A DNA stretch of 64,000 bases from Nemertoderma westbladi (lineage: Eukaryota; Animalia; Xenacoelomorpha): positions 12,028 to 76,027 of the forward strand of contig JAUCBJ010007129.1 in assembly GCA_032718475.1 (NCBI GenBank). The letters are read 5' to 3'. Each line of letters begins with the position of its first letter. Position 1 is the first letter of the stretch. Shown piece after piece: positions 60,997-64,000 of the stretch. The notes beneath the pieces are model-generated. The model ran no database searches and was not told the origin of the DNA. It saw only the letters and a program-made list of their open reading frames with translations. The position numbers and the translations under genes were made by a program.

Positions 60997-62363
60997 GGTT
61001 ATCCAAATTTATTTTTTGATCTCTAGGGTAAAAATGGGATATCATGTAGAAGTAATAGTAAAATGTTTCATGATAACATAATATTATCTGGGGGGGGGGG
61101 GGGGTATTCGGTCGTACCTCAACACTGGGGAAGGGTGCTTAGTTGGATATACCTCGGGATCCCCGAGTTGGCGAGGGAATCCCGACCGATGTGTTTGCTT
61201 TTGGTTAATACGCGTCGCCGCGTCCGCCGGCTGCTGAAGGGCTTATAGTACCTGAGTCTGAAAGGCAGGAGGCCGATAAAATAATGGAGTTTTTAGTGGC
61301 AGTTGTTCGTAATGTCAGAATACAATAATAGCACAATCAGGATATAATAATAGCAAGGTTACTGTCGACGACGGTTGAAACCGTCTTGCTTCCACAGCTC
61401 TACACAAACCAAATGAACAACAGATAATAAATGCAACGTTTATATTACTAACACATTTGGAACATTGGAACTTGCTGTGTGGCCTGGCCAATGGATGCAT
61501 CCCAATTAGATGGTGTTCTGCCCCACCATTGGCTGACCTATCCCTTCTTCGATTGGCACTCCCTGTTCCCTCATGCCCACGTGCTAGCCCCTTTGTCCCC
61601 CTGAGATGGCTTGTAGCCTCTTATCTCTACTTGTGGCTGGCAATGTGTATCGCCTTCGTTGGTTATTAGGTGACATTATATTGCTAATGTCACCTAGCCA
61701 ACTATAACTGGTAAAAGCCACTTTCCCCATTTTCCGCTGGGTAGTCCAGGGAATTGGATTCGCTTACAAATAACGTAAGTAGCATTTTTCCAAAATCCAC
61801 TTTTTCTGGGTCAAAAAATGCGCTCTATCTAATGGTATAAACGAGAACACCGTATATACTCTAGTTATCGAGATATTCAATGTAAAAAGGCCGTAAGTCA
61901 CACATATGTATAGGGCCTGCCTAGTGTTACAAAGGAAAAAGAGCCTAAGTGCAATACAAAAGACATAAAATAGAGGATTTCAAATCTGAAAATTGATTGG
62001 GCGAGATCTGTTTGTATGCATTTTTATTAATTACCCGAAGAAGCCCTGATGGGAGAAAGCTTTTAATTTAACTGTTGTTATAAATTCCATTAGTCACCTG
62101 AGGTCAACCCACCCTACCCTAACTGTTTAATATGAGAATGCCTTCTTAGGTGGCAGGTGCTTTAAGCGAGTTCGTTTTTAGTTTTCGAGTTATCACTGTC
62201 TACCGTTCTGACCGTCAAGATGTAAGTTTAAACTGATTGCCAGGGCGGCCAGACCAATAGTCAGCTAGATAAGATAATAGCAATTGTCTGGAATATGTCA
62301 TTATTTGTTAACGTTTAATTAACTTTAACATTAATTAAGCGTTAATCATTACAGTTGTTTTTA

Positions 62364-62644
62364 CCCTGCAAACAATTTAACGTTCAAATGGCGTTGAAAA
62401 ACGAAAAATTTATAACAAATAAACGCTAGAATCTGACGTTAGTAAAAGTAGATCGAACGTTCGTTTGGCCGCTTTTGTGACGTTAAAATTGCCCCCAAAT
62501 CAACGTTGAATTTTACGTCAAATATATATATTCCATCGTTATCTTTAACCGTTGAATTTGCAGTATATTAATCGTTAAACCAACTTCAGTTAATCAACAA
62601 AACTAACGTTAGATATCCATATTCCAACGTTTATTTAATCAGGG
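62364..62644. mobile_element. Possible small MITE rich in AACGTT/ACGTT
   Basis: CCCTG...CAGGG ends with subterminal AACGTT and many internal ACGTT motifs. Confidence 0.4.
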
Positions 62645-62922
62645 ATTTTCAGTTTTTCAGGCCACTAGGTAAATTTCACGTTACCTTACGTTGTACATTG
62701 CACATTATAATTATCTCATCAGCATTATTAATACAACATATAGGCCTATAATATGTTATGCGAATTATAAATGAATGGAAACTTGATGTTTGAAACTGGA
62801 AACTTATTCATTTATTTATTTACATTATAAATGAAATTATTACAAAATAATCAGATAGTTAGTTGACAGCACAGATACAGTCTATAGTTCGCATTGGCAA
62901 AAATAAGTCTTACTGAAACAAA

Positions 62923-63028
62923 TTACAAGTCCACATCCGCATCGTCACCATCATCGTCCTCATTATCGCTAATTGTCGATCCCGCGTCGTCTTTGCTGCA
63001 TCGTTCTTTCGGTATTCCGCGAGCCACA
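62923..63028 (-). other. Possible terminal coding exon encoding an acidic tail
   Basis: Minus-strand TTGTTTTTTTAG acceptor, VARGIPKERCSKDDAGSTISDNEDDDGDDADVDL*, and a downstream AATAAA near 62811-62820. Confidence 0.35.
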
Positions 63029-63208
63029 CTAAAAAAACAAAATAATTAATTAATCAACTAATTTACTGTAAACGAATTCCTGTATAATAATAATGTAATA
63101 ACGTAAGTAAGTACTGTATGTATATTGTATGTACTCAGCACCGCAAATTTATTAATTACTTGCAATTTAATGCAATGGCGATAAACAGTTTCAGAGCGTA
63201 ATATTGTA

Positions 63209-63834
63209 GCAGAATGGATGCCATAATGTAGGCCTACAGTACTAACCCAATCCTAACACATCTCAACCCTGCAGAATGGATGCCATAATGTAGACCTACA
63301 GTACTAACCCAATCCTCCCATAATGTAGACCTACAGTACTAACCCAATCCCCCATAATGTAGGCCTACAGTACTAACCCAATCCTCCCATCATCTCAGAC
63401 CCTGCAGTACTGGCCCAATCCCCCATAATGTAGGCCTACAGTACTAACCCAATCCTAACACATCTCAACCCTGCAGAATGGATGCCATAATATAGGCCTA
63501 CAGTACTAACACAATCCTAACACATCTCAACCCTGCAGAATGGATGCCATAATGTAGACCTACAGTACTAACCCAATCCCCCATAATGTAGGCCTACAGT
63601 ACTAACACAATCCTAACACATCTCAACCCTGCAGAATGGATGCCATAATGTAGACCTACAGTACTAACCCAATCCCCCATAATGTAGACCTACAGTACTA
63701 ACCCAATCCCCCATAATGTAGGCCTACAGTACTAACCAAATCCCCCATAGTGTAGGCCTACAGTACTAACCCAATCCTAACACATCTCAACCCTGAAGAA
63801 TGGATGCCATAATGTAGACCTACAGTACTAACCC
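63209..63834. repeat. Composite minisatellite (~35-bp core with optional ~27-bp block)
   Basis: cataatgtag(g/a)cctacagtactaacccaatcc repeated ~13 times, with or without taacacatctcaaccctgcagaatggatgc. Confidence 0.93.
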
Positions 63835-64000
63835 GGGTTGAGATTCTTAGTATATTTCCTAAGTTCTAAACAAGTCTGCTTAGAAAGGCTTAGAACGCTT
63901 AGCAACGCTGGTGCAAAGGGTGAGTAAAGTACTTAACAAATTTTCCAATTTCATAAAAAGGACATTGCAAGTTTATAATGTTTAGCAAGTTGTTGCTATG

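Noticed and set aside
63209-63834. CRISPR-like array
   Set aside because: The intervening blocks are themselves repeated rather than unique spacers, there are no cas genes, and the context is eukaryotic.

Overview
Animal-type, transposon-saturated genomic DNA with no clear host gene. It is a stack of BEL/Pao LTR retrotransposons. Element A (+, ~2574-15339) is preceded by a partial tandem copy of itself. Degenerate element C (+, 17912-60996, TSD GGTTA) hosts two antisense copies of family B (B1 18086-30414, TSD AGGGG; B2 34229-54921, TSD AGAAG), a Penelope-like fragment and a hAT-like element; a piggyBac-like element sits inside B2. The main result is that families A and B, which have no visibly similar LTRs, both carry a large homologous ORF between integrase and the 3' LTR, where env would be. 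It is intact in A (1048 aa), disrupted in B2 (~1430 codons) and internally deleted in B1. It shows no envelope features. Instead it has an N-terminal CxxC..CxxH module and a DEDDy (RNase D/WRN/EXD/Egalitarian-like) 3'-5' exonuclease signature. Associated cis features are a dispersed palindromic motif, structured spacers, an in-frame UGA shared by B1 and B2, and a tRNA-like Pol III cassette inside A's LTR. All domain calls are by eye from motifs, not from database searches.
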